Origin: Fonticula alba ATCC 38817
Taxonomy: Eukaryota; Protista; Nucleariida
DNA: 64,000 nucleotides
NCBI GenBank assembly: GCA_000388065.2
Contig: KB932206.1
Direction: 5' to 3' (one strand)
This document shows, one piece after another, positions 23,564-35,969 of this stretch. Under the pieces are notes generated by a model. It was not told where the DNA came from, ran no database searches, and saw nothing but the letters and a program-made list of their open reading frames with translations. Numbering within the stretch: the first letter of the stretch is position 1; each line of letters begins with the position of its first letter. Made by a program: the position numbers and the translations under genes.

Positions 23564-26411
23564 AGGCGGAGCCCCCCTCTCTCCTTCCCTGCCGGGCTCC
23601 ATTCTGCAGTGCGCGGGCGAGTTGGCTTCGCCCCAGATCGCGCATATCACGGACCCCGGTCACGTGCATACATACCTCGATGCATACCGATGATCTTCCC
23701 GGGGCGTGTGGCCGGAGCCCGGGGCGGGCGCGGGCGCGGGCGCGGGCGCGGGGGTGCTCGCCAGCATGAGGGGTGGGAGCTGGAGATTCAGACGGCGGTC
23801 GTCGCGGCTTCCGGGCTCCCTGCGCTCGGGCGGGAGCTGTTGTTTGAAATGACACTTGTAGCCGGGCGGGGGGGGGGAGGCGGGGCAGGGGCACGCAAGG
23901 GCGACGGAGCCCACGCACCTCCACGCCAGCGGCATTCCTCTTGTCGCGGGCGCGATCGGGGTGGCCTCTCTTCACGGCGGGGCTCCCTCGCTGGGGGGGG
24001 CGGGGGGCGGCAGTGTGCCAGCGCTGGGGTTTGGTGGCGCGGGCTTGTGCACGGGGTTCACCTTGCACCTGGGCATCGGGGGCGGAGGGGGGGGGGGGGG
24101 GGGGGGGGCCACAGACCTCGTTCGGATTCGTCTGATAGGGCTGCTCTCCCGCGTGCATGTGTGTGTGTGTGTGTGCGCGCGCGTGCTCATGCTGTATGAT
24201 GAGTGTAATTTATAAATATCGACATAATCAGGCCCGAAGCCCGCTTCTGACGAGCGTTTACCGGCCTCGCATCCTCTCCCGTGTTTGCGAGCGCAAGCCG
24301 CGCCCTCTCGCACAGGCCCGCATTTGTGCCTCGACACATGCCTCGAGAAGACCGTTACCGGGAAACCGGTGGCCCCCGATAGGCGGCGGGCGTGTGTGCT
24401 CCCCGGCTTCCGGGAGTGGTCGCCCTGCCCTCCGGCGGATGCCGGCCAAATAGCGAGCGAGGGTCCCTGACACGGGAAACAATAATACACAAACAGGCAA
24501 TGACCCGGGCGCCGAAAGGCGCGCGTCCGCCTCCTCTCCCGCACGCGCGCCCGGACGCGCGGCGGGGTGATATCCCCCGGCAGAGTGGAAAGGTGGATTC
24601 CCCCCTCTCCTTCCCCCCGGGGAGCGGGGGGGGGGGGGGGGGCAGGGGGGGAGGGTCTTTATTGGGAAGTGTACCCGCGCGCCGAGGTGCCTGCCAGCGC
24701 GTGCATTTGCCCTTGTTCCTGGTCGTGCTTTGGGCTGTCAAACATCGCGGGTTCCGTCCGGCGGCGAAGAGGGAAAAGCAAGAGACCGGCATTCCTTGCT
24801 ACCCTTCCGCCCTTCCGCCCTCCCCCCGGCCGCGGGCGCACCCCCGGACACGAGGGGGGGGGGGGGGACGGGGGGCGGGAGCCCCTGTGCTCCCACCCAT
24901 TGCCAGGGGGCCGGAGCCATCCCGCAGGGCCGGCGCCCGACGCACCGGGAACCCGCCAAAGGGCACTGTGGCCGGATTTGGCGCGCGCCCGTGTGTGCAC
25001 GCGCGCGCGCGCGCGCGCGCTCTCGGCCGCCAGTCTGCCAGGAGTAATTCCTCCCCGCCTGGCCGGCGAGTATGGAGGGGTCGGCCAGCGGTATTTCCCC
25101 CCTGCCCCAGCCCCGGGTCCCCCCCCGCCCCGCCCCTCCCCCCCGCTACTCCGGGGTGCACACGGGTGCGGATTCGCCTGTGCGAGTCGCCGGGCGGGCG
25201 CCCCCTTCTCCTTGCCCTCGCCCGCGGCAATGGCCGCCCTTGCGGCGATGGTTTTTGCCACGGGCCTGGCGCGCCGATGTGGGCAACTCCCGAGGCGAAG
25301 GGTGAATCCGGGGGACCGGCTTTTTCGGCCGGTCAGTTGGTCCCTTGCGCCGGTCGTCGCGCATCCGGTATCCTCTTTCTCCCTCTCCCTCCAGCTCGCC
25401 CCTCCTCTTCCCTGCCGCCCGATTGCCCGCCCCCTTGCTCGTTGCTCCTCCCCCCCCCACCACCACTCGTGCTCCGGGCTGCACTCTCTTCTTCCCCCCT
25501 CTTCCCCCCTCGCGCAGGCCGCGCCGCGCTCTGTGCCAACCCTCTCCCTCTCTCTCTCTCTCTCTCCCCCCCCTCACCGTCTCTGAGGCTCTTCCTTCCA
25601 GGTGAGTTTGCCTTTCCTCGGTCCGACTCTCACCGGCCCGCTTCCTTCTTGCCCCCTCGTCTCTTCATCGCATGCCTCCCTCTTCNNNNNNNNNNNNNNN
25701 NNNNNNNNNNNNNNNNNNNNNNNNNNNNNNNNNNNNNNNNNNNNNNNNNNNNNNNNNNNNNNNNNNNNNNNNNNNNNNNNNNNNNNNNNNNNNNNNNNNN
25801 NNNNNNNNNNNNNNNNNNNNNNNNNNNNNNNNNNNNNNNNNNNNNNNNNNNNNNNNNNNNNNNNNNNNNNNNNNNNNNNNNNNNNNNNNNNNNNNNNNNG
25901 TGGGAAAAGAAAAGAAGAGAAAGACACCGAGGGGGTCTGGCGAGCTATCGCCGGCTCTCCGGGCACACGGGAAGCACGCGGGAAGCACACGAGAAGCCCG
26001 AGCCTCAGCAGCACATGCGCCCCTGCGCCATGGAGGCCGGCTCAAGAGTCCCCGGGAAGGGGGGGGGCGGCGGAGAAGAACCAGTCCCCCAGGCCAGATC
26101 GCGGCAGGGGCGGGGGTGAAGGGCCTGCGATCCGGTGGCATCTGGTCCGAAACCGTCATGTGGCAGTGGCGCCCCGTACGGGACACAGAACATGTGATCC
26201 TCAGGGCGATTTATTCTAGATCGATCCTTGGGACGGTCTTTTCGCGCTTGCGCTTTGCCTCCCCCCCCCCCCCCCCATCCGATCTTTTTTAATACACATC
26301 ACAAAGTTTGCACACCGATGCCCGTTGAATGTAGTGTCTTGCTCCCACTCCCCCCCCCCCCCCCCCCCTCGCTGCGTGCTCCGCATCGGGCTTCGCGCGC
26401 TCCTTATGCAG

Positions 26412-29086
26412 GTCCCGCTCGACTGGCCGTGCTGCTGGTGCCGAGGCTGGCGCCCTCTCGATGGATCTTCCTGGCGCCTCTCTCGGGGCCTCCATTGGCG
26501 CCTCGCTCGGGGGCCCGTCCCGTCCGGCCCCGTGCCCCCTCCAAAAGTTTGACTCACCTGCCGCCAGCACCGGCAGCTCGACCGACTCCCTGGCGCAGCG
26601 CAGCCGTCAGCTTCTCCAGAAGTACGATGCATGCCGCGCATGAGCCTTTTTGCTCCGCAGGCCCCTGCCTCCTTTTCACGGATCTAACGTGTTCCCGCCT
26701 GTCCGACCCCCCCCCCCGCCCTCCCCTTTCCGGCTCCCCCAGGTATCTTGAGGAGATCGACCAAATGGAGAACTCCTTCTCGTTTGCCCCGCTGAGGTCC
26801 GCGCCTCCCGGCTCGACAGGGTCCTTCACCACCTCGAACTATGTTCCATCGGCCGCGGCTGCGGCTCCGCCCGCAGGCGGCCTGCCCCAGCCACATGCCC
26901 TTGGCTTTGCGCCGCCGACGCACCTCCCCCCGGCGGCTCCGGTTAGTGCCGCGGCCAAGGGCCCGGCTCTGGCCACTGCCCAGTCGTCGGCCGCGTCCGC
27001 CCCACCGGCGGCCCAGCCCACGAGCCAGCCCTCGGCCGCGGCGGCCGCCCCCGTGGCCGATGTCAACTCTCTGGTGGCGCTTTTGAAGGAACCCCCGACG
27101 GCTGCCAATCTGGCACCCGGCGCGGCGGCTGTCCCTCCCACCGAGCGGGCACCCTCCCCCCCGCCGCCCTCGTCCGGGCTGGTGTCTCTCTTCGATCCGC
27201 CGGCCTCGGCGGCCGGTGGCGATGCCCAGGCCGCCCCGCCCACCGCCACCACTCCCACCGAGCCGACCCCGATGACCGACGAGGAGGTGTGTCCTTGCTC
27301 CCTGCCCCGGTCTTCTCCTCCTCCTCCTCCTCCGCCCCCCTCCTTGTTGCCCTCACTACGGATTAACCTCCCATCATGTACCCCCTCCCCGCTTTCTCTC
27401 CCTCCCTCTCCCTCCCTCTCCCTCTCCCTCCCTCTCTCTCAGCTCGAGCGCGAGGCCATGGCCACTTTCGGCATGTCGCCAAGCGATCTTTCACGCATGA
27501 TGAAGGGCTACACCCAGCAGGGGGCGTCCTCCATGTCGGGCAAGGCATCGCGCGGCTCGAGCCGGAGCTCCTCGCGCGAGTCCTCCGCCTCCCTGGCGTC
27601 TCCCTTCTCCTCCTTGTTCGAGCCCCCCTCGGAGATCGGGCAGCCGGATTCCCCGCTGGCGGCCAGCTCCAAGATGCCGACCAGCTCGCTGGAGAGCGTC
27701 CTCAGCAACCTGTCCAAGGAAATGACTCGGCCCACCGAGATGTCCCGGTCACCGGGGTCCAGCCCACAGTGGCGCCTGCGGTCCACCCTGCGCGGGCACT
27801 ATGACGGGATTCTCTGCCTGGACTTCGTGCCCTTCCCCCTGGCCACCAAGTACAACCCCACGGTTCCGTCCTTCCTGTCGGGCTCGGAAGACGGCACCAT
27901 CAAGCTCTGGTCTCGCCCGGGCAAGTCCTCTTCCTCCTCCTCGTCGAAGAGCTCCTCCTCCAGTGACACCCCGGTCGTGTGCTATACCTTCCGCGGGCAT
28001 AGCCACCCGGTCCTGGCTCTGACCACGGTCCCGGTCGGCGGTGATGTGTTCCTCTTCTCGGCCTGCCTCGGGGGCACGGTCTACCGCTGGCAACTTCCGC
28101 CCAGCATCCCGCGCAACATCTACCTGGCCCACGACAAGACCCGGCCCTTCCAGCCGGTTGAGCAGCTGGAAGTGTCGAAGAAGCACCGTGATGCCATTTG
28201 GGACATCCGGTCCTGTCCTCGGCGGCGGGTGGTGCTGACCGCCTGCGCCGATGGCACGGTCGGCATCTGGAAGTACACTGACTCCGATCCGAAGCTCATG
28301 CTCAAGACCCTGATCAGCAGCCCGACCAAGTCGGTGCCCACCTCGGTGGACTTTGCCCCGAGTGCCCCGGGCAAGGCCTCGGACCCCGACTCCTTCGACA
28401 TTGTGGTGTCCTATGTGGATGCCAGCGTCCATGTGTTCGGCTGCCAGGGCGGTGCGCCGAGCCTGTCCTTCGAGTCGGTTGGTACCACTGGTGCGTGTCC
28501 ATGTGTCGTCCTTCCGGCCCGCGTTCTTCCATTTGCGCGCCCTGCTGCTCTTTCTTCGGTCCTCACACGCCGCATTTCCGGGTGCCCTTGTCCCCGGTCC
28601 CTCCCCCCCCCCCCCCCCCCGGCAGATGGCACGCCCAACAGCCAGATCAACCGTTTGGCCGCGCACCCCGACTTCCCCCTGGTCTTCACGGCGCATGAGG
28701 ACCAGCGCATTTGCATTTTCAACTCCCAGACCGGGGCCCTGTTGCACTCGGTGGTTGCCCACCGGGATGCCGTGCGCACGTTGTCCATCCACCCGTCCGG
28801 CGTGCGGCTCGTGTCCGGAGGGCATGATGGGTCCATCCGCGGATGGGACATCAATGGCCTGCCGGAGGATGCCTTGCGGGGGGCCGTTTCCAAATTCGGC
28901 CCCACTGACTTCGATGCCGTGACCGTCCGCTGCACGCAGGAGTTGACCGCGCATCGGATGAAGTACGAGTCTTCGGTTCTCTGCCTGGCGCACAGTTTGC
29001 CCGGGCCGGGCAGCACCGGGCTTGGCGATGATGACATCCTCCTCGTGTCGGGAGGGGCCGACTCCATCGTCAAGGTTTTCCACTGA
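26412..29086 (+). CDS. STRN: Striatin family WD40 protein (STRIPAK scaffold, STRN/Far8/Pro11); 5' exon(s) not visible
   Basis: RSRQLLQK|YLEEI matches the striatin calmodulin-binding region. The C-terminal WD40 repeats QINRLAAHP..TAHEDQRI..SVVAHRDAV..LVSGGHDGSIR..QELTAHR..LVSGGADSIVKVF follow striatin closely. Confidence 0.88.
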
Positions 29087-29551
29087 TCCTCGTCCTCGCT
29101 CCCCTTTCCAGGCTCTCGCAGAGCGAGGGACAGGGCAGGAGGGAAAGATACAAAGAAAGAGCAAAAGGCCGCGGGGGCAGACAAGGGGCAAGAGCTGTGG
29201 CCGCGCCAGGGAGCGTCCAGCCCGGGGGGGGGGGGGGGGGGAGCCCCTCACAGCGCGAGAAAGGACACATGAAGGCGCTGGTGCGCGTGTTCTGGCAACC
29301 GCCCCTCCCCGGGCATCTGGGTCACCGCCTCCCCCCTCCCCCCCCCTCGGTGAAATGTCAACATGTGCCTCCTTCCCTCGTGCCCCTCCCCTTCGCCTTC
29401 CACCTCGTTTGTCTCTCCCCTCTTCCATATCATATACACCTACAATTTTCTCCACACATGCCTGTTTATCGCGGCCTCCTCTCGCCGTCTCCCTTTTGTC
29501 GCGTTCCCTTCTTTTCTCCCGGCGGCACCCAAAACCCTGTGCCTCCCTTGC

Positions 29552-29587
29552 GCTTTCTCTCTCTCTCTCTCTCTCCCTCTCAGGGTG

Positions 29588-29624
<37 letters not shown>

Positions 29625-30066
29625 CCTCGCTATCCCCCCAGGGGTTCCTGGCCCTTTGCCTTTCCCGCCCCCTTCTCACCTTCGGTTTTCGAACGCCGGA
29701 GGGGGCGGCCGCACTATGCCGNNNNNNNNNNNNNNNNNNNNNNNNNNNNNNNNNNNNNNNNNNNNNNNNNNNNNNNNNNNNNNNNNNNNNNNNNNNNNNN
29801 NNNNNNNNNNNNNNNNNNNNNNNNNNNNNNNNNNNNNNNNNNNNNNNNNNNNNNNNNNNNNNNNNNNNNNNNNNNNNNNNNNNNNNNNNNNNNNNNNNNN
29901 NNNNNNNNNNNNNNNNNNNNNNNNNNNNNNNNNNNNNNNNNNNNNNNNNNNNNNNNNNNNNNNNNNNNNNNNNNNNNNNNNNNNNNNNNNNNNNNNNNNN
30001 NNNNNNNNNNNNNNNNNNNNNNNNNNNNNNNGCTTTCTCTCTCTCTCTCTCTCTCCCTCTCAGGGT

Positions 30067-30102
<36 letters not shown>

Positions 30103-30147
30103 CCTCTCTCCTCTCTCCCTCTCTCTCTCTCTCTCCCTCTCAGGGTG

Positions 30148-30184
<37 letters not shown>

Positions 30185-30281
30185 CCTCGCTATCCCCCCA
30201 GGGGTTCCTGGCCCTTTGCCTTTCCCGCCCCCTTCTCACCTTCGGTTTTCGAACGCCGGAGGGGGCGGCCGCACTATGCCG
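29552..30281. repeat. ~165-nt duplication of (CT)n/(GT)n-containing sequence around gap 29722-30031 (likely assembly artefact)
   Basis: ~29560-29721 recurs at ~30120-30281, with a partial variant copy at 30032-30105. Confidence 0.75.
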
Positions 30282-31311
30282 ATCACATGACCCCGATGGA
30301 AAACTGGACCTCCACTTCTCGGGCTCCGGGAGAACGCAACACCCCGGGAGTGATCTTCCGCGGCCCCGGCGATCGCAGGGAAGCTGTTTCCATGCATGTG
30401 TGTGACCCTGCCCCTTGGAGGCGGGGATGCTGGGTGCCCGCTTGCCCGAGAGAACCGGAGCGAGACAAAGGAAAATAATCTGGCGCCTCACTTCGCCCCC
30501 TCCCCCCGCCCCCCAGGGGGCAAAACGGTTTGGGCCACGTAGCGTGGCGGGGACCGAGGGAGAGCGCATCTCGCCGGGGGCGATTTCTTCCCGCACATAC
30601 ACTGCGGCTTGCCACACCGGAGGGACATTAATTCCAGGAGAAGATGGGGGGGGGGGGGGGGGATTTTCCGCCCCTTTTTTCCTTTGTGGCTGGACGATCG
30701 CCGGTGGATGGGGGCAATTTCTCGCCCGTCCAGAGAGGCCACTGGGGAGATCGGGGTCGTCTGTTGCCCCCCCCCCGCCCCCTCTCCCTGCACTCGGTGC
30801 CCCGCGCCGAGGGGACTCATCCACGCCCCATGTCGAAGATCGCTTAAAAGCGACCCCCCCCNNNNNNNNNNNNNNNNNNNNNNNNNNNNNNNNNNNNNNN
30901 NNNNNNNNNNNNNNNNNNNNNNNNNNNNNNNNNNNNNNNNNNNNNNNNNNNNNNNNNNNNNNNNNNNNNNNNNNNNNNNNNNNNNNNNNNNNNNNNNNNN
31001 NNNNNNNNNNNNNNNNNNNNNNNNNNNNNNNNNNNNNNNNNNNNNNNNNNNNNNNNNNNNNNNNNNNNNNNNNNNNNNNNNNNNNNNNNNNNNNNNNNNC
31101 CGGGGGGCCGATCGACCGGATCCTCCTCGACCACTCTCCCCAGCCACTTGTGCGTGTGGGCGCCTGCCTATGTCCCGATCCATGATCATGTTTTTCTCTT
31201 CTTCCCTCTCCTGACGTGTTGCGTATTCGTGTTTCTCCACTGGTCCATGATGCCCATGCCACTCTTCCTCCTCTGCCTCTCCCGTCCTCCCTCCCGCCAC
31301 ACAGCTCTGCC

Positions 31312-32042
31312 ATGTCCGGCCAGAGCATGCCCCAGGCGGCCCAGTATGGCCGTCAGATGGAGTGCGTGCACCCCATCCCGTTTCCCACCAGGCCGAGCCT
31401 CCCTCACTGCCCATGGTCTCTCCTGCCGCATGGGTGCCTTCGCGTTTCTCACCATTCACACCCGTCTCTCTCCCTCTCTCTCTCTCTCTTTTTGTTAGGG
31501 AGGATATGCTCAATGCCCAGACCACCGAGGGGATCAATGCCCTGAGCGCCCGGGTCGCCCGACTCAAGAACGTACGCTCCTCGCCATTTTACCATGCACT
31601 CCCGTGTTCCATCGGCGTCGCGGCCGAGGGGTGGTCACCATTGTACGGCTCTGACTCAGCCCCGCTCTGCTCGATGTTGTGCCCAGATCACCATCGAGAT
31701 TTCGAACGAGGTCCGAAGCCAGAATGTTATGCTCGACGAGATGGTGCGTGGCCTTTCCCCCGCCCGCCTGGGTGTGTTGGTGTGCAGGATCTCTCTCCCT
31801 TGGCGCGTCCCTCCACTTACCTTCCTGCCTCCCCCGTGTTTGATGATCTCCCCCCCGCCCCCCTCCCTTCTCCCCTCCCCTTCCAGGACGAGACTATCGA
31901 CCGGACCAACAACCTGGTCGGCAGCGCTATCAGCCGCATTCGTGTCTTCTCCCGCTCGAAGCACGCTTCCCAGTTTATGTATGTCATGGGGCTGGTGTTC
32001 TTCCTCTTTCTCTTCCTCTACTTCATTTCCTTCAAGAAGTGA
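31312..32042 (+). CDS. BET1: Qc-SNARE Bet1 (ER-Golgi), tail-anchored
   Basis: Four exons in phase give EEDMLNAQTTEGINALSARVARLKNITIEISNEVRSQNVMLDEMDETIDRTNNLVG plus a C-terminal TM segment. Q is at the SNARE zero layer. Confidence 0.88.
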
Positions 32043-33406
32043 GCCGATGTGAATGTGTTTGCGTGTGAATTTCGATAAATCCGCCCGCTCCTCCCCCTGT
32101 TCTTGCTGGTCCCCCACGGCAAATGGGAATGAAAGAATGCCCGAGGAGCCTCGAAGCAGCAGCTGCAGCAGCAGCAAGAACAGGCGCTCCCATCTTCCGG
32201 CCCCCCCCCCCCCCCCCCTTCCCCCGCCGGCGCGTGTCCGCCGCCGTCCTGTTTTGTCCCGCCCTTTCCCTGTCCTTGTAATACACCCCAAAGCTTCCTT
32301 TCGTTGGGACCTGTTGTCACGTCTCCAAGGGTCATGACCGGGGCCGGGTCACGCCTGGGCCTGGGCTTTTTTATTTCCCCCGGCCCGTACGTCCTCCCCT
32401 CCTTCTTGGCGACGATGTTCTTGGATGCTCGGTTGGCGGTGTGTCCAACTCTGGCGGCCGGGGGGGGGGGGGGAGGGGGGAGAGGCGGGGGATGGGCGAC
32501 CCTGCTGGAGAAGGGGGCGTGAAAGGAAAATCAAGTTGACAGATATTGAAACCTCCGGACCAAGACCGGGGAGGGGGAAGCGCAGGAAGCGGCTTCCCTG
32601 CGGCGGCTGGACATTCTCCCGGCCGGGCGGCCTCGTGTGGGTGTGGGGTTGTTTTGCTTTTTTTTTTTATCGCGGTAATCTGGGGCATTCACAGCGGCCC
32701 TGTTGCCGCTCCTCATGACGGGAAAGCCTGGCCCATGTCGCGTCTGCGGTCCTTCGCCGCGCAACAGGAGGTCGATCAAGGGCGACTCTCTCTCTAGTTC
32801 TCTCTCTCTCTGTGTCTCTGTCTCTCGCGCATGCGCGCAAGACCCGGCACACAGGCGGGGCGGCATTGTGACCCAGGCTTGCGAATGTGGACTGAACGCG
32901 AGGCGGGTTAGTTGGTACCTCTCTCGGTCCCCGCGCCTGTGGCTGCCCCACGCCCCCCCCCCCCCCTTCTGTCCCGCGCCCCGGTGGCGTTATGCCAGTC
33001 ATTGTTGTGACCCTGGGCTGGCGGGGTGCATGCGTGCACTAGTCGGGACTTTTTTCTAGTGGCGGCGATCTTCTCTGTAAGCAGGCCGATCATGGGGGCG
33101 GCACACCCGGCGCCGCCGTCTTGTCTACGTTGGAGGACGTGTGTGTGTGTGTGTGTGTGTGGGGGGGGGGGGGCGGGCGGGCGGGCGCGTGTGTGTGTGC
33201 GTGTGCGCGTCTCTCCAGCGGAGGGAGCCCAATACGCTGGTAGTGGGCCTTTTTTTCGCGCACCGATATCCCGGCGCCCCGGCGGCCTGGCGCGGGGCTG
33301 CATGCCTCCCCCGTCTCCCAGCTCCCCCCCCCCCTTCCCTGTCTCCACCTGTGCTGTTTATTTCTTCCTCTCCCTTTCCTCCCCCTCCTTCCTCCGGACA
33401 GCGACA

Positions 33407-35317
33407 ATGCGTATCCTGCGCCAGTCCCTCTTTGCCCTCCTTTGCATTGGAGCCCTGCTCTTTGCGGCCAGCCCGGCGCTAGCCAAGAAGCAGGATGGGG
33501 TGCGTCACCGAACTCCACCTGGCTTTGTCTTTCCCGCACGGCGACTCGCCCCTCTCGCTGTTCCCGTGCTGACTCGCCCGCTTCCTGCCCAACCCATAGC
33601 CTTGCACGATCCGGGACAGCAAGAACCGTCTTTACGATCTGAGCCCCCTCACTCTGACCAACGGGTGCGCTGTCCTTCTGCCCCCGTCCCCCTGGCCGCG
33701 TGTCGCTCCGCTACTTACCCCCCCCCCCCCCCGATGTCTGTCTTCCCTTGCCACTGCTCTTGCCATACGCATGCCCATGCACGCACACAACAGAACCGAC
33801 TGGCTGGCGTCCACGGCTCTTAGTCCTCACCACAACTACACCTACTACATCAACGTTTGCCACGACGTGCACTTCAAGGGCTTCAAGGTTCGCCCTCCTC
33901 CCCACTCTTCCCCGCTCTTCCCCGCTCTTCCCCGCTCTTCCCCGCTCTTCCCCGCTCTTTCCCGCTCTTCCCCGCTCTTATGGCACTTTTCACTTGTGCT
34001 GCGCCACTTCTTGATGGAATCCTCACCCTCTCTTCCCTCTCCTCCCCCTTCCCTTCCTCGACCGCACAGAATGAGACCTTCAGCAAGCCCGTCAGCAAGG
34101 GCACGGGTGTGGTGCAGGTCAGCAACACCAACCCCCTGCAGCAGGAGGACTGCGGCATGACCGACTATGTCCCCAGCGTGGTGGAGGGCATCCTGACCCT
34201 GATCTATGAGAATGGAAATATTTGCAAGTCCTCCGGCCAGAAGCGCCAGACCATCATCAACTTCGAGTGCGACCCGACCATCGGCCTCGGCCGGCCGGTT
34301 TTCCTCTTCGAGAACACTTGCCACTACCTGTTCGACTGGAAGTCCTCGGCTGCCTGCCCGGTTGACAACTCCCTCTCTGGCTGGGCGATCTTCTTCATTG
34401 TGTGCGTGCAGGGTGTACCCCCCCCCCCCCGCCTTCTTCGCCGTGTCTCCTCTCCCTGCCCCGTGGCGATGACTAACCTCCCTCTTGATCCCCCCTGTGC
34501 CGGCATCCAATGCTTCTGGACTGGTCTCCCTCCCGATTCAGGCTCGCCTGCCTGAGCGTCGTTTACGGCCTGCTGTATCTGAACAACACCAAGCGCCGTG
34601 GCCTGCGTGGCACTGATGCCATCCCTGGCTACCCGATCTACATTGGTTTCTGCGAGACTTTCGGCGTGCGTCCTCGGGGCGGGCTTGCTCCCCCTGGCAT
34701 GTGGCACTTGCCACCTCCCTTTCTCGGGGTCTCATTTTGCTCACGCCTGTCTTTCTCTTTGTCTCGCTCACGCCTGTCTTTCTCTTTGTCTCGCTCACGC
34801 CTGTCTTTCTCTTTGTCTCGCTCACGCCTGTCTNNNNNNNNNNTTTCTCTTTGTCTCGCTCACGCCTGTCTTTCTCTTTGTCTCGCTCACGCCTGTCTTT
34901 CTCTTTGTCTCGCTCACGCCTGTCTTTCTCTTTGTCTCACTCACCCACTCTGCCTCCCTCCCCCCCCTCTCTCTCTCTCTCTCTCCCTCTCTCTCTCTCT
35001 GCCTCTCTCTCTGCCTCTCTCTCTCTGCCTCTCTCTCTTTCTTGGTTTCTCCTTTTCCCTCTTGCTCCCTCTCACCCCCGCATGTGTAGATCGGCGAGCA
35101 TGCCACCGCTGCCACCCGTCGCCGGCGCAAGGTCAACCGTGACGGTATTACCACCACGAGCGGTCCGGTCGGCACGGTCACCTCAGCCAACGCTGCGGAG
35201 TTCCTGGACGACCTGGATGAGGTCTTTGAGGACGCTGATCTCGAGGCCCTGGATCATGGCGAGGACCTGGTCGAGCATGGCAACGCCATGCCCATCCGCG
35301 AGGACGAGGGCTTCTAA
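33407..35317 (+). CDS. M6PR: Cation-dependent mannose-6-phosphate receptor-like type I membrane protein (single MRH domain)
   Basis: Signal peptide, then MRH domain (YDLSPL, YYINVC, GVVQVSN, LIYENG..C..QKRQTIINFEC, ENTCHYLFDWKSSAAC), TM (LSGWAIFFIV..), GLRGTDAIP and an acidic cytosolic tail ending EDEGF. Confidence 0.85.
33901..33980 (+). repeat. Intronic 10-nt tandem repeat (CCCGCTCTTC)n, ~7 copies
   Basis: Read directly from the sequence; lies in an intron of the M6PR-like gene. Confidence 0.9.
34735..34940 (+). repeat. Intronic 27-nt minisatellite (CTCACGCCTGTCTTTCTCTTTGTCTCG)n spanning gap 34834-34843
   Basis: About 3-4 copies each side of the gap; true copy number unknown. Confidence 0.9.
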
Positions 35318-35969
35318 GGGCACATGTGTCCTCCTTTGCCATAGTCCCCCCCCCCCTCCCCCCTCTCCTCCTCTGGCTTCCTTTTGCCCTCTCCATTTCT
35401 CCCTTATGCTGCTGTGCCGCGCCTGGGCATGCTCTCTGTCCCTTTGCCAACGCCGGCATCTGTGTGCTCGCCTTCGTGCCATCTGGCGACCAGGCGAGAT
35501 GGAAGTGGCAGGCATTCGACGCTCTATGCGTCGCTCTCGCTCTCTCTCCCCCTCCCCCTCCCCTTGCCCCCCTCTCTTCCTCTCTTGCGACTCGTGTATG
35601 CCCTACTTTCGCTCTCCCCCCCCCCTCGTCTTTGCAAATATATAATAACAAATCATGCGAGTCCCACGATGCGCATATCCACACGAAAGGCCAACCAAAT
35701 CAGACGCGGGGTCTGTTCACATGGCCGGCGTGTATTTTCGATAGCAAGGTCAAAGTAGGGAGGAGACAAAAGAAAAGGACAAGGGCCTACATCGAGCGGG
35801 GGAACGCCGCAAAAGCACCTCGCCAAAAGGCACCGTATATGCGTGCTGGCTTGTTGTGCGCGGACAAAGGCTTCCCCCGACAACAGCAGCAGCACCAGCA
35901 CCGGAGGAGTTCGCAGACAGGCCCGGCGGCGCAGAGCCGGGGAGGTGATTGCCGCCAGCCTGCCGCCGC

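Noticed and set aside
24999-25020. (CG)n and many (GT)n/(GA)n tracts as Z-DNA or regulatory elements
   Set aside because: Microsatellites are ubiquitous in introns and intergenic DNA here, and nothing singles these out.
26228-29086. 952-aa single ORF as the striatin protein
   Set aside because: It reads through several stop-free C-rich introns (poly-Pro/Leu-Ser tracts with GT..AG ends). The real protein is spliced.
34735-34940. Regular repeat resembling a CRISPR array
   Set aside because: The units are head-to-tail with no unique spacers, lie in a eukaryotic intron and have no cas genes nearby. It is a minisatellite.
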